Virus record (IMG/VR): IMGVR_UViG_3300020169_000003
Length of the DNA: 35,657 nucleotides
Source: a virus
Reading direction: 5' to 3' (one strand)
The notes under the pieces are model-generated. The model searched no databases and was not told where the DNA came from. It worked only from the letters and a program-made list of their open reading frames with translations. Shown here piece after piece: positions 24,286 through 32,520 of this stretch; position 1 is the stretch's first letter; each line of letters starts with the position of its first letter. A program made the position numbers and the translations under genes.

Positions 24286-24432
24286 GGGGAGGAGGGGATC
24301 AAGTCGAGTCGCGTCGTCAATATATATATACATATACAGCCCCTTAAAAAAATTACTCACTCAAGGGGCTTCTACCCCAGTACCAATCCCAGGACAGCAC
24401 TTATAGAAACCCTAGTAATCTCGTGTACCATA

Positions 24433-24460
24433 AGAAGTCAGTTTATGACTTCTCTTTTAT
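24433..24460 (+). terminator. Terminator-like hairpin in the control region
   Basis: AGAAGTCA (24433..24440) pairs with TGACTTCT (24446..24453) around a 5-nt loop, followed by CTTTTAT. Confidence 0.4.
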
Positions 24461-24657
24461 GATTCCCTTTATTTTATATTCATTAAAGGAATTACGTTTA
24501 GGACTTAACTGCCTTATGAAGTTGCTGCCTTATGGTACGCAGAGTATAACACGAAATCCGGGATTGTATACATATATAATGAACTTTCTTTTATGTATTA
24601 GCAATACTTATAGTATATTAACTTGACAAGTAGTAAATCTAATGATGAGGTACAGGT

Positions 24658-25245
24658 ATGGAAGATAAAGAAATGAGTGCCACTGAGAAGGAGAAGGCAG
24701 CTTTGCTGAGCGAGATTCAGCAGAGTATCCACGAGGTGGCCAATGAGAAGCGGGGTTTAAAGCTCAAGTGCTTGAGCGTCTATGATCCCGCGAAGGTAGC
24801 TAAGTTGCTTTACTTGTACAGTACGGGAAGCAGCCAGACTAGGCTGGTACGCCACTACGGGTTCGAGAGAGATACTGTTATTAGTGTACTGGCGGACTAC
24901 GCTGATCATATGGGTACGTTCAAGGAGTTAAGTGGTCGAATCGCGGCCAAGAACTATCTGAACCTAAGTAGCCTAGAGGAGGATTTAATTGATAAGGTAC
25001 GCGACCGTCTGGAGAATGATCCGGAGATGGAGGTCGGGTTCAAGGATATCAAGGAGTTATCCATAGCTAAGTCCAATGCTTCCAGGGAGGCTATGACGGC
25101 TAGGGGAGAGGCTACGCATATTACTGAGGAGCGCAAGGTGTACACCCAGGATGACTACGAGGCTACTATAGCTGCTGCTAGGAAACGGATAGAAGAGGCT
25201 AAGGTAGCTGATATAATAGAGATACAAGATGAAGATAACAATTAA
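24658..25245 (+). CDS. HTH protein (195 aa), small terminase subunit candidate
   Basis: It is the first gene of the late arm and lies upstream of TerL. The HTH-like segment is GSSQTRLVRHYGFERDTVISVL, and the tail is coiled and acidic. Confidence 0.45.
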   Translation: MEDKEMSATEKEKAALLSEIQQSIHEVANEKRGLKLKCLSVYDPAKVAKLLYLYSTGSSQTRLVRHYGFERDTVISVLADYADHMGTFKELSGRIAAKNYLNLSSLEEDLIDKVRDRLENDPEMEVGFKDIKELSIAKSNASREAMTARGEATHITEERKVYTQDDYEATIAAARKRIEEAKVADIIEIQDEDNN

Positions 25246-25423
25246 TAGCAACGACGAGGAGGTATCAATTGGTACTAAGCACGATGACCTTACTGCTAAT
25301 CAAGTAGCTGAGCTTATGTTTCGTATTAGCTTAGCTAATGGTTACCATCAACAAAACGTAGCTGACGCATTCTATGAAGTCGGTAAAGCACAGATAGAAA
25401 TGGAGGAATACTTTGAGCACTAA
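25229..25423 (+). CDS. Hypothetical protein (64 aa)
   Basis: Track ORF, overlapping the upstream gene by 17 nt. Confidence 0.55.
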   Translation: MKITINSNDEEVSIGTKHDDLTANQVAELMFRISLANGYHQQNVADAFYEVGKAQIEMEEYFEH

Positions 25424-25541
25424 AGGAAGCGGCCCTCGGAAGGGACACAATGCTGAGAAGCAGCGTAAGAACTACGATGATATTGACTGGTCCAAGAAAC
25501 CCTTGGCTCCTAGAACCGAACAACCAAAGGGTAGCAAATGA
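25413..25541 (+). CDS. Possible TTG-initiated basic micro-protein (42 aa)
   Basis: GGAGGA at 25402..25407 lies 5 nt before TTG 25413. The frame is open to the TGA at 25539..25541, which overlaps the next ATG (ATGA). Translation: LSTKGSGPRKGHNAEKQRKNYDDIDWSKKPLAPRTEQPKGSK. Confidence 0.35.
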   Translation: MSTKGSGPRKGHNAEKQRKNYDDIDWSKKPLAPRTEQPKGSK

Positions 25542-25801
25542 AGAATAAAACACCTGATATTGATCCGGACATTGCCTTTAACCACGTCCGACGAATGCTT
25601 GGGGATATTTCGCCGAACTTTGCTTTTATTATAATGGATGAGGACGGTGATCTATTCTATGATTACACGAACTATCGTATAGGTAGAATGCTAATGACTG
25701 AGTCCCTAGATGATATGGATTCTGACTTTGGTGACTTTGACTGGGATGATCTAGTTGAGGATGTTGAGGACGAGGACGACGATGAAGATGCCATCTTTTA
25801 A
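25538..25801 (+). CDS. Small protein (87 aa) with a poly-acidic C-terminus
   Basis: The C-terminal 35 aa read DDMDSDFGDFDWDDLVEDVEDEDDDEDAIF. Confidence 0.65.
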   Translation: MKNKTPDIDPDIAFNHVRRMLGDISPNFAFIIMDEDGDLFYDYTNYRIGRMLMTESLDDMDSDFGDFDWDDLVEDVEDEDDDEDAIF

Positions 25802-25803
25802 AT

Positions 25804-27474
25804 ATGCTTGATTTCACAGAGCACCCGATCCTCAAGCCGCCCACGGACGAGGAGATTGTACTTCTAGGAGAAGCTGATCCCAAGCTACTAGAGGAACTAC
25901 ACAGGGCGCACGAGGGCAGGATTCGGGCAGCTACGGATGATCCTATACGCTATGGGTTCGACCTACCGGGCTGGGAGCGTATGTCGGACTCCTTCAGGGA
26001 GTACAACGAGGTTCTAGCACTAGGCGGAAATCGCAGTGGCAAGACAACTGGATGCGCTAAGCGGATTATGGAGGCCGTGAGTTCTAACTTCGATGGACAC
26101 ATAGTATGCTTTTCTCAGAATGCGGATACCTCTATTAAGGTACAGCAGCCAGCTATCTGGGAGATGATGCCCAAGGAGTTCCGTAAGAAGACTAAGAGCA
26201 TTGACGGGTACATTAACTATTCAATGCAGAATGGTTTCACTGGGAGTTCGTTCGTGTTCCCGGATACTAGGACACGTGTGGACTTCAAGACTTATACACA
26301 GTTCAGTAATAACTCCACTATCCTTGAGGGTTTTGAATTCGGGTTCAAGAAGGGTAGTGTCAAGGCTGGGACTGAATCCAATATCGGAGCCTGGCTGGAC
26401 GAGTACTTAGGTGACGCGGCTTTGGTAAATACCCTTCGGTTCCGCCTAGCTACACGGGACTCAAAGATGGTGATTGGATTTACACCGATTGACGGGTATA
26501 CACCTTTCATCGCTGACTATTTAAAGGGAGCAGAGACCCTTGAGACTAGACCTGCCGCCCTCCTGAGGGGAAAGGAGGTTCCTACTAAGCAGTACAGTCC
26601 AAGCCGTGATGCGGCTGTGATCTACCTGCATTCGGACGAGAACCCATTCGGGGGTTACGAGCGAATCGCAAAGGATCTAGCCGGGCGACCAGAGGATGAG
26701 ATAAAGGTCCGTGCGTACGGATTACCCGTGAAGTCAGCCAATGCTCTGCTCCCTTACTTTAATACTGAGGTAAATGTGCTCAACGAGGAGCCCAACAAAT
26801 ACAAGATGACGTTCCCCGACATTTCCGACAAGTCGCAGTTCACCTGCTACCAAGTGGTTGACCCTGCGGGTGCAAGGAACTATACCTGCATCTGGGCTGG
26901 GGTGAACAAGGACGGCGAGGTATACATCCGCAAGGAGTGGCCGGATCGTAACACGTACGGGGAGTGGGCTATGTTCGGGGACCCGAAGTGGAAGTACGGC
27001 CCAGCAGCCAAGAAGATTGGTCTAAATGTTGAGGGGTACTGCGAATTATTTGAGGAGATTGAGGACGATCTAGGAATTAAAGTAATTGAAAGAATCGGGG
27101 ATTCGCGTTTCTTTGCTAGAGAGAATGAGAACAATGACGATCTATTTACTTCATTCTATGACTTCGGTCTAAGCTTTATACCATCTGATGGTAAGATGGA
27201 GGAACAAGGCATCACAGCTCTGGATGACTGGTTTAACTACAATCCAAATGTGGACATTGACCAGGCCAATAGACCAAGATGCTATATTCACGAGGACTGC
27301 GGTAACCTTATCGACAGCCTTATTAACTACAATGCAGGCGGAAAGCCAGAGGAAGCCCTAAAGGATTTCTTTGACGTTATTCGCTATCTGCGAATGTCGA
27401 ATGGTGGAGAAGGTCCTGACTTTCTTTCATCAAATGATATGATGACAACCAAACCGCGCAAGGGAGGATACTAA
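25804..27474 (+). CDS. terL: Terminase large subunit (556 aa)
   Basis: The Walker A motif is LALGGNRSGKTTG. The C-terminal nuclease-type segments are QVVDPAGARNYTCIWAGV and IGDSRF. Size and position are typical. Confidence 0.9.
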   Translation: MLDFTEHPILKPPTDEEIVLLGEADPKLLEELHRAHEGRIRAATDDPIRYGFDLPGWERMSDSFREYNEVLALGGNRSGKTTGCAKRIMEAVSSNFDGHIVCFSQNADTSIKVQQPAIWEMMPKEFRKKTKSIDGYINYSMQNGFTGSSFVFPDTRTRVDFKTYTQFSNNSTILEGFEFGFKKGSVKAGTESNIGAWLDEYLGDAALVNTLRFRLATRDSKMVIGFTPIDGYTPFIADYLKGAETLETRPAALLRGKEVPTKQYSPSRDAAVIYLHSDENPFGGYERIAKDLAGRPEDEIKVRAYGLPVKSANALLPYFNTEVNVLNEEPNKYKMTFPDISDKSQFTCYQVVDPAGARNYTCIWAGVNKDGEVYIRKEWPDRNTYGEWAMFGDPKWKYGPAAKKIGLNVEGYCELFEEIEDDLGIKVIERIGDSRFFARENENNDDLFTSFYDFGLSFIPSDGKMEEQGITALDDWFNYNPNVDIDQANRPRCYIHEDCGNLIDSLINYNAGGKPEEALKDFFDVIRYLRMSNGGEGPDFLSSNDMMTTKPRKGGY

Positions 27475-27848
27475 TGCCAAAGAAAAGATTAAGTAAAATT
27501 GCAGAAGAACAAGAAGTAACGTTCGATGAAGCTATTAAAATCGCCACCGAAAAACTGCCAGAGGGTTCCGTTACTGGAAAGGGACGAAATACTTGGGTAA
27601 CTGAGGAGGGTGCAAAGATACTTGAGGATTCCTTTATGATTGAGGAGATTATCCCTAAGCACTTCACCGGAACCGTCATAGCAGAATGCCCTAACCCGAA
27701 GTACAATGTTGTCTTCAGCAAAGAAATCGGTAAGAGAGCCAATGTGTTACTTCCTCGTAAGTGGCAGGGTAAGCTTCTTAAAAAGATAATTATCTTTGAG
27801 GCTATTGAGGATTCAAAAGGAGTAAGCTATCGCTATGTCGGAAAGTAA
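27474..27848 (+). CDS. Hypothetical protein (124 aa)
   Basis: Track ORF, with a 1-nt overlap with the TerL stop. Confidence 0.6.
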   Translation: MPKKRLSKIAEEQEVTFDEAIKIATEKLPEGSVTGKGRNTWVTEEGAKILEDSFMIEEIIPKHFTGTVIAECPNPKYNVVFSKEIGKRANVLLPRKWQGKLLKKIIIFEAIEDSKGVSYRYVGK

Positions 27849-28053
27849 GAATATAACTTTAGACAGGGATTGGTGCAGGGAGCAGTCCGACCGATTTGCT
27901 AGCTGGGAGATTCTCCGCAGGTATGTTCTGCACGAAAGTGGCGTATCAATGACAAATGGTGACCTATGTGATACAATAGGCGTATCATCGACTTACACTA
28001 TCCGATTGCTTAAATCTATACAAAAACGACTCGCTGAACAAAATGCTAAATGA
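27835..28053 (+). CDS. Small HTH-containing protein (72 aa)
   Basis: MTNGDLCDTIGVSSTYTIRLLKSIQKRL is a typical helix-turn-helix. The gene lies between TerL and the portal. Confidence 0.5.
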   Translation: MSESKNITLDRDWCREQSDRFASWEILRRYVLHESGVSMTNGDLCDTIGVSSTYTIRLLKSIQKRLAEQNAK

Positions 28054-30127
28054 ATCAATCTCTGAGTCCTTGACTTATGTCCAGGACGAACCCGACATCA
28101 AGACTCTCCGTTACGCTTACGATCAGACTGTAAGTGAGCTTGAGTCCTACTTTGACCTATGCCGTACTAGTTACGATGACCGTCGCAACTGGTGGCCTGG
28201 CAAGAGTCGAGATCACCGCAAGCACGGGGCTGACGCTTTCCCTTGGGAAGGCGCATCCGATATGGAGTGCCACGTTATTGATGAGCGAATTACTCGCCTA
28301 GTATCTTTGTTTATGGCATCGTTGAATCGAGCCAATGTCCGAGCGTTCCCAGTGGAGAGTGGTGATATTGCTCGCAGCAAGCTAGTATCCGGGTTCCTTA
28401 AGTGGATGGTTAGTTCTGGGTATATCCCTCGCTTCTATCGTGAGATGGAGTTAGGTGCTAACTACCTTCTTGAGCGTGGTTTACTTATTACCTATGTTGG
28501 CTGGCAACAGGAGGATCGTCGATTCCTCCAGAAGCTTGACCTGGATCAAATTGCTCAAATGTCCCCAGAGGTAGCCGATGCTGTTAACAGTGGGGAGATG
28601 GACGATGATCTAGTATCCTTGCTTCAAAACGTCTTTGAAGGAACATCCACTAAGCGAGCAAAGAAAGCAATCAAGGAACTACGCAAGTTTGGAGTAGCCG
28701 AATTGCCTATTACTCGCCGCCAAGTCAATGCTCCGGACGTTAAGACCCTAGCACCTGACGGTGATTTCTTTTTTCCAACTTATGTAACTGATCCGCAGCG
28801 AGCACCTTACTGCTTCTGGCGCACTTACTATACACCACAAGAACTAGAAAACAAGGTCGTCACCGATGGATGGGATGAGGACTTCGTTGAGCACGTTATT
28901 GAGAAATATCGTGGAGTAAATATAGATAGTATAGAGCGCGAGCAGGAGGGCCGTCGGAGCATTAGCCTAACAGATAGTACATACGAAGCAGGTGAATTAA
29001 TTGAAATCTGCTACGGATACCAACGCCTAATCGACCGAGAGGATGGCGCGGAAGGTATTTACTGTACGGTTTTTCATCGCGAATTTAGCGGTGATGAAAT
29101 CACACCTGGCTATGCTAAGTTTGAGTTGCTTAACGGATATGAGGATTATCCCGTAGTTGTCACCAAGTTGTCCGAGGACAGCAAACGTCTATATGACACA
29201 ATGACTATCCCCTCGGTTCTTAGGGGTATCCAGAATCAAGTAAAGGTTGAGCGAGATTCTCGTATTGACCGAAATAGCCTAGCAACCATACCTCCGATTA
29301 TGCACCCAGTTGGTCAAGCACCATCTGATTGGGGTCCAGGTCGTATGATTCCTTATCGCCGCAAAGGTGACTTGGATTTTGCTCCTATTCCAGCTTACAA
29401 TATTGGATCACTCGAAATCGAGAGAACCCTTACTGATACTGCTGACCGTCTAGTTGGACTGGACGAAGGATCAAATATTAGCCAAGTTCGCCAACAGTTC
29501 TTAGTTGATAAGTTTCTTAGCCACACTGCGGAGGTTATTCGTATGGCGTTTAAATGCTTTCAGCGTTTCGGACCCGATGAAGTATTCTATCGTGTAACAG
29601 GTATCCCTGATCCACAGGTAATGACCAAGGGTGAGCCGGACGAGAACTTTGACATCCTTATTGCCTTTGATGTTCAGAACACTGACCCAGAAACTGTGCA
29701 GACAAAGCTACAGCAGTTCGTGGCACTCAATCAGCTCAATGCAAATGGCCGTCTAAATGTGGATAGCCTGCTTGATATTGCTGCCGCTAGTATTGACCCA
29801 GTAATGGCTGATGCAGTTCTACAGCCAGTGGAGACAGCTCAACAGCAAGTAATCAAGGATGTAACCGATGACTTGACTAAGATCTTTTCGGGGATCGAAG
29901 TACCAGCACGTCCAGCGGGAGCACAGATTGCGATGCAAGCTATTCAGCAGTACGCCCAGCAACCAGACATTGCACAACGCTTAGAACAAGATGAAGCGTT
30001 CCGCGAACGTCTGGAAAAGTACGCAGGTCAGTACACCTTCCAGATGCAGCAAGCACAGAATGCTCAGATTGGTCGAGTCGGTACAGCACCTGCACAGATG
30101 GGTGAAATTCAAACACAAGGAATGTAG
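28043..30127 (+). CDS. Portal protein (694 aa)
   Basis: Called on size and its canonical position after TerL and before scaffold and capsid, plus a Gln-rich C-terminal tail. No searchable motif was verified. Confidence 0.7.
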   Translation: MLNESISESLTYVQDEPDIKTLRYAYDQTVSELESYFDLCRTSYDDRRNWWPGKSRDHRKHGADAFPWEGASDMECHVIDERITRLVSLFMASLNRANVRAFPVESGDIARSKLVSGFLKWMVSSGYIPRFYREMELGANYLLERGLLITYVGWQQEDRRFLQKLDLDQIAQMSPEVADAVNSGEMDDDLVSLLQNVFEGTSTKRAKKAIKELRKFGVAELPITRRQVNAPDVKTLAPDGDFFFPTYVTDPQRAPYCFWRTYYTPQELENKVVTDGWDEDFVEHVIEKYRGVNIDSIEREQEGRRSISLTDSTYEAGELIEICYGYQRLIDREDGAEGIYCTVFHREFSGDEITPGYAKFELLNGYEDYPVVVTKLSEDSKRLYDTMTIPSVLRGIQNQVKVERDSRIDRNSLATIPPIMHPVGQAPSDWGPGRMIPYRRKGDLDFAPIPAYNIGSLEIERTLTDTADRLVGLDEGSNISQVRQQFLVDKFLSHTAEVIRMAFKCFQRFGPDEVFYRVTGIPDPQVMTKGEPDENFDILIAFDVQNTDPETVQTKLQQFVALNQLNANGRLNVDSLLDIAAASIDPVMADAVLQPVETAQQQVIKDVTDDLTKIFSGIEVPARPAGAQIAMQAIQQYAQQPDIAQRLEQDEAFRERLEKYAGQYTFQMQQAQNAQIGRVGTAPAQMGEIQTQGM

Positions 30128-30130
30128 GAT

Positions 30131-30610
30131 ATGACACCTGATCAATACGCAAACAAGCGGACTGACGAGATGTTATTCCCCAAGCGACTACAGGAAGCAA
30201 ATGAAATGGCTATGGAAAGGGGTAAAAATTTTGGTTACCAAGTGCGACCAAAATTATTCCCTGGAGAAATAGAATATTTCAAGAAAAACCCTGATACTCC
30301 AGGATATGCTGACTTTGAAAGTGACTCCATTGTGTTAAACCCATTCTCTACATTGCCTGCCGAGGAATTAACTTTTTTGGTAGACAATGAAAGTATTCGT
30401 TTAAAAATGAATAAAGATGAGTTTGTCCCATCTGATTTTAAAATTACTCCAGAACAAAAAAAGTTCTTTGAAAAAACTCCCTACAAAGATAATCCTGTTG
30501 CTATGCGACAAACTATTCTTGCTAGGGCTTATAGTGGTGATAATCAATCAATGGAATATACACCAGAGCAACTCAAGGAACTTGAATCATATTTATCTAA
30601 TGGCGAATAA
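30131..30610 (+). CDS. Hypothetical protein (159 aa) sharing an N-terminal peptide with the lysozyme
   Basis: MTPDQYANKRTDE... The 17-mer CTGATCAATACGCAAAC at 30138..30154 is repeated exactly at 30619..30635. Confidence 0.6.
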   Translation: MTPDQYANKRTDEMLFPKRLQEANEMAMERGKNFGYQVRPKLFPGEIEYFKKNPDTPGYADFESDSIVLNPFSTLPAEELTFLVDNESIRLKMNKDEFVPSDFKITPEQKKFFEKTPYKDNPVAMRQTILARAYSGDNQSMEYTPEQLKELESYLSNGE

Positions 30611-31127
30611 TATTACAGCTGATCAATACGCAAACCAACGAGCAAAGGATCTACGAGCACAGGAATACTACGATATGATTGCCCTTAATGAGGGTGTCAA
30701 ACCAAAGGTATACAAGGACAGCAAGGGTCACAGGACCATTGGTGTTGGCTTTAATTTAGAAGATGCCGGTAATCGAAAGATCCTAAAGAAAGAAGGCATT
30801 GATATTAATGAACTCTTTAAGGGTAAAGAACTGAGTGACAAGGAAATCAAAAGACTGTACAATCATAGTCTAACCCAAGCTTTTAATGACGCTCAAAAGT
30901 TTGACAAAGGATTTGCTAAACGACCTGAGCCAGTAAAGAAGGCAATTGTCGATATGTCATTTAACCTTGGCCTTACTAAACTCAATAAGTTCAAGAAGAT
31001 GCGTGAAGGTCTTGAGGCAAATGACTACAGCGTAGCAGCAGATGAAATGGTTGATAGTGAGTGGTTCAAGCAAATCAAGTCCCGTGGTCCACGAACAGTA
31101 GGTTTAATGCGTTCAGCCGCTAAATAA
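30600..31127 (+). CDS. T4-type (GH24) lysozyme (175 aa)
   Basis: Trimmed from track ORF 30417..31127 to ATG 30600. ALNEGVKPKVYKDSKGHRTIGVGFNL matches the T4 lysozyme E...D...T catalytic region (compare [23 protein letters not shown]). Confidence 0.85.
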   Translation: MANNITADQYANQRAKDLRAQEYYDMIALNEGVKPKVYKDSKGHRTIGVGFNLEDAGNRKILKKEGIDINELFKGKELSDKEIKRLYNHSLTQAFNDAQKFDKGFAKRPEPVKKAIVDMSFNLGLTKLNKFKKMREGLEANDYSVAADEMVDSEWFKQIKSRGPRTVGLMRSAAK

Positions 31128-31128
31128 T

Positions 31129-31347
31129 ATGAATATACAAGATGACATCAATAGCTTGCACAGCTATGAATCCTTTGCTCGGTTTATTAAGATGGTTCAC
31201 GAACTCCGTGAAGAAGCCATCAGCGAGATGCACGAATCCTCAAGCGAGACTATCCAGCAGATTTCTGGTCGAATCATTACATATGATCAGATCCTACAAA
31301 TCTCCGGATGGGATAAGCTTCGATTAAAGCATTCGGATCGAATGTAA
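31129..31347 (+). CDS. Hypothetical protein (72 aa)
   Basis: Track ORF. It is preferred over the overlapping alternative frame 31142..31327, which has an implausible composition. Confidence 0.55.
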   Translation: MNIQDDINSLHSYESFARFIKMVHELREEAISEMHESSSETIQQISGRIITYDQILQISGWDKLRLKHSDRM

Positions 31348-31388
31348 CCCATATGTTATAATGCGCTCATCGCCCTCGCTCGGCGTTA

Positions 31389-32489
31389 ATGAGTGGTAAT
31401 AATATGACAGACGAAATCGAAACTGCTAACGCTGAAGCAGACAAAAATTCAGTGGACAACAATAATATATCCGTCGAGGATTTCGCAATGCGGAGACTTG
31501 GGGAACTTAATCCTGCGGCTGAAGAGCCACAAGAGGAAGTAACCGAAGAAACCGAGGAGCCGGAAACTGATGAAGTAACTGAGGAGGCAACTGAAGAATC
31601 AGTTGAGTCCGAGGAAGCTACTGAGGAGACCGAGGAATCCGATGATGTTCTTTCACAGTTAGACTTGGACGATATGTCCGAGGAGGACCTAAGGGAACTA
31701 GCTGACAAGCTAGGTAGCCGTGCTGTAGCTCGATTCGGTGAATTGACTGCTAAGCGCAAAGCTGCCGAAGAACGTCTTGCTAGTTTAGAAGCTGAACTCA
31801 AAAAAGCCCCGAACCCACTTGATACAAAAAAGAAAGTCGAAAACAATCCTTTTAGTAATCTTGATACAATTGAAAAATTGCAAGAGAAAGCTGCTGAGGT
31901 TGACGACATTGTTGAGTGGGCTGAGGATGTTCTTTTTCAGAGTGATGGCTATTCCGCAGATGAAGTAGTAACCGAGGTAGAAGGAAAGGACCTAACAAAG
32001 GCCGACGTACGAAGAGCTTTACTACAAGCACGTAAAGCACAGAAGACATTCCTTCCTGATCAATTGAATAACCTTCAATCGATTGAGCAAAGCAATCAAA
32101 TGCAGGAGCACCTAAGTGCTCAGGCTGAAGCTGAGCTACCCTGGATGAAAGGTGAAGATAATGACACACGTCGTCAATACGAAGCCATTATGAGCGACCC
32201 ACGGGTTGATACATTAATGACCAATCTTCCGCCTGATGTTAAAGCTCAAATGCCATATTTACTAGCACACGCTGCTAATAGTATTTATGGACGAAAGCCA
32301 GTAGCAAATACTAAATCATCAGTGAAATTAAATCCCCCAAGAACAGGTACACCCTCCTCGTCCAAACCAGAAAAGTCTATGGGAAAAACAGCCAAGGCTC
32401 TAAAAGAATTAGAGGCTCGGTTCAAAGAGACGGGTAGCGCAAACGATTTCGCCAACCTAAGAAAACTTAAAATGGCATCACGCCACTAA
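31389..32489 (+). CDS. Scaffolding protein candidate (366 aa)
   Basis: It lies immediately upstream of the capsid gene. The N-terminal tract is very acidic (EEPQEEVTEETEEPETDEVTEEATEESVESEEATEETEESDD) and the rest is helical and coiled. Confidence 0.6.
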   Translation: MSGNNMTDEIETANAEADKNSVDNNNISVEDFAMRRLGELNPAAEEPQEEVTEETEEPETDEVTEEATEESVESEEATEETEESDDVLSQLDLDDMSEEDLRELADKLGSRAVARFGELTAKRKAAEERLASLEAELKKAPNPLDTKKKVENNPFSNLDTIEKLQEKAAEVDDIVEWAEDVLFQSDGYSADEVVTEVEGKDLTKADVRRALLQARKAQKTFLPDQLNNLQSIEQSNQMQEHLSAQAEAELPWMKGEDNDTRRQYEAIMSDPRVDTLMTNLPPDVKAQMPYLLAHAANSIYGRKPVANTKSSVKLNPPRTGTPSSSKPEKSMGKTAKALKELEARFKETGSANDFANLRKLKMASRH

Positions 32490-32520
32490 CCTATTCATTA
32501 ACACAACTATATAACTAATT

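Noticed and set aside
24160-24360. The track ORF (66 aa, minus) could be a real gene in the control region.
   Set aside because: It is translated straight through the CCGGCAA and GCAGTA-TGAAC repeats and the TATATA tract, giving repetitive low-complexity peptide (CRLPGCRLPVAGC, YMYIYI). There is no ribosome-binding site. It is likely an artefact of the repeats.
24423-24626. The track ORF (67 aa, plus, GTG start) upstream of the late operon could be a real gene.
   Set aside because: It is AT-rich with an implausible composition. It spans the terminator-like hairpin and has no Shine-Dalgarno. I treat it as non-coding leader or regulatory sequence.
30417-30599. The lysozyme track ORF has an N-terminal extension (start 30417).
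   Set aside because: The extension lies entirely inside ORF 30131..30610 in another frame and translates to an implausible Leu/Ile/Lys-rich peptide. The T4-lysozyme homology begins shortly after Met 30600.
31367-31909. A 180-aa Ser-rich ORF lies antisense to the scaffold gene.
   Set aside because: It is the complement of the GAA/GAG-rich acidic tract (TTC/CTC read as Ser/Leu), a classic low-complexity shadow ORF.
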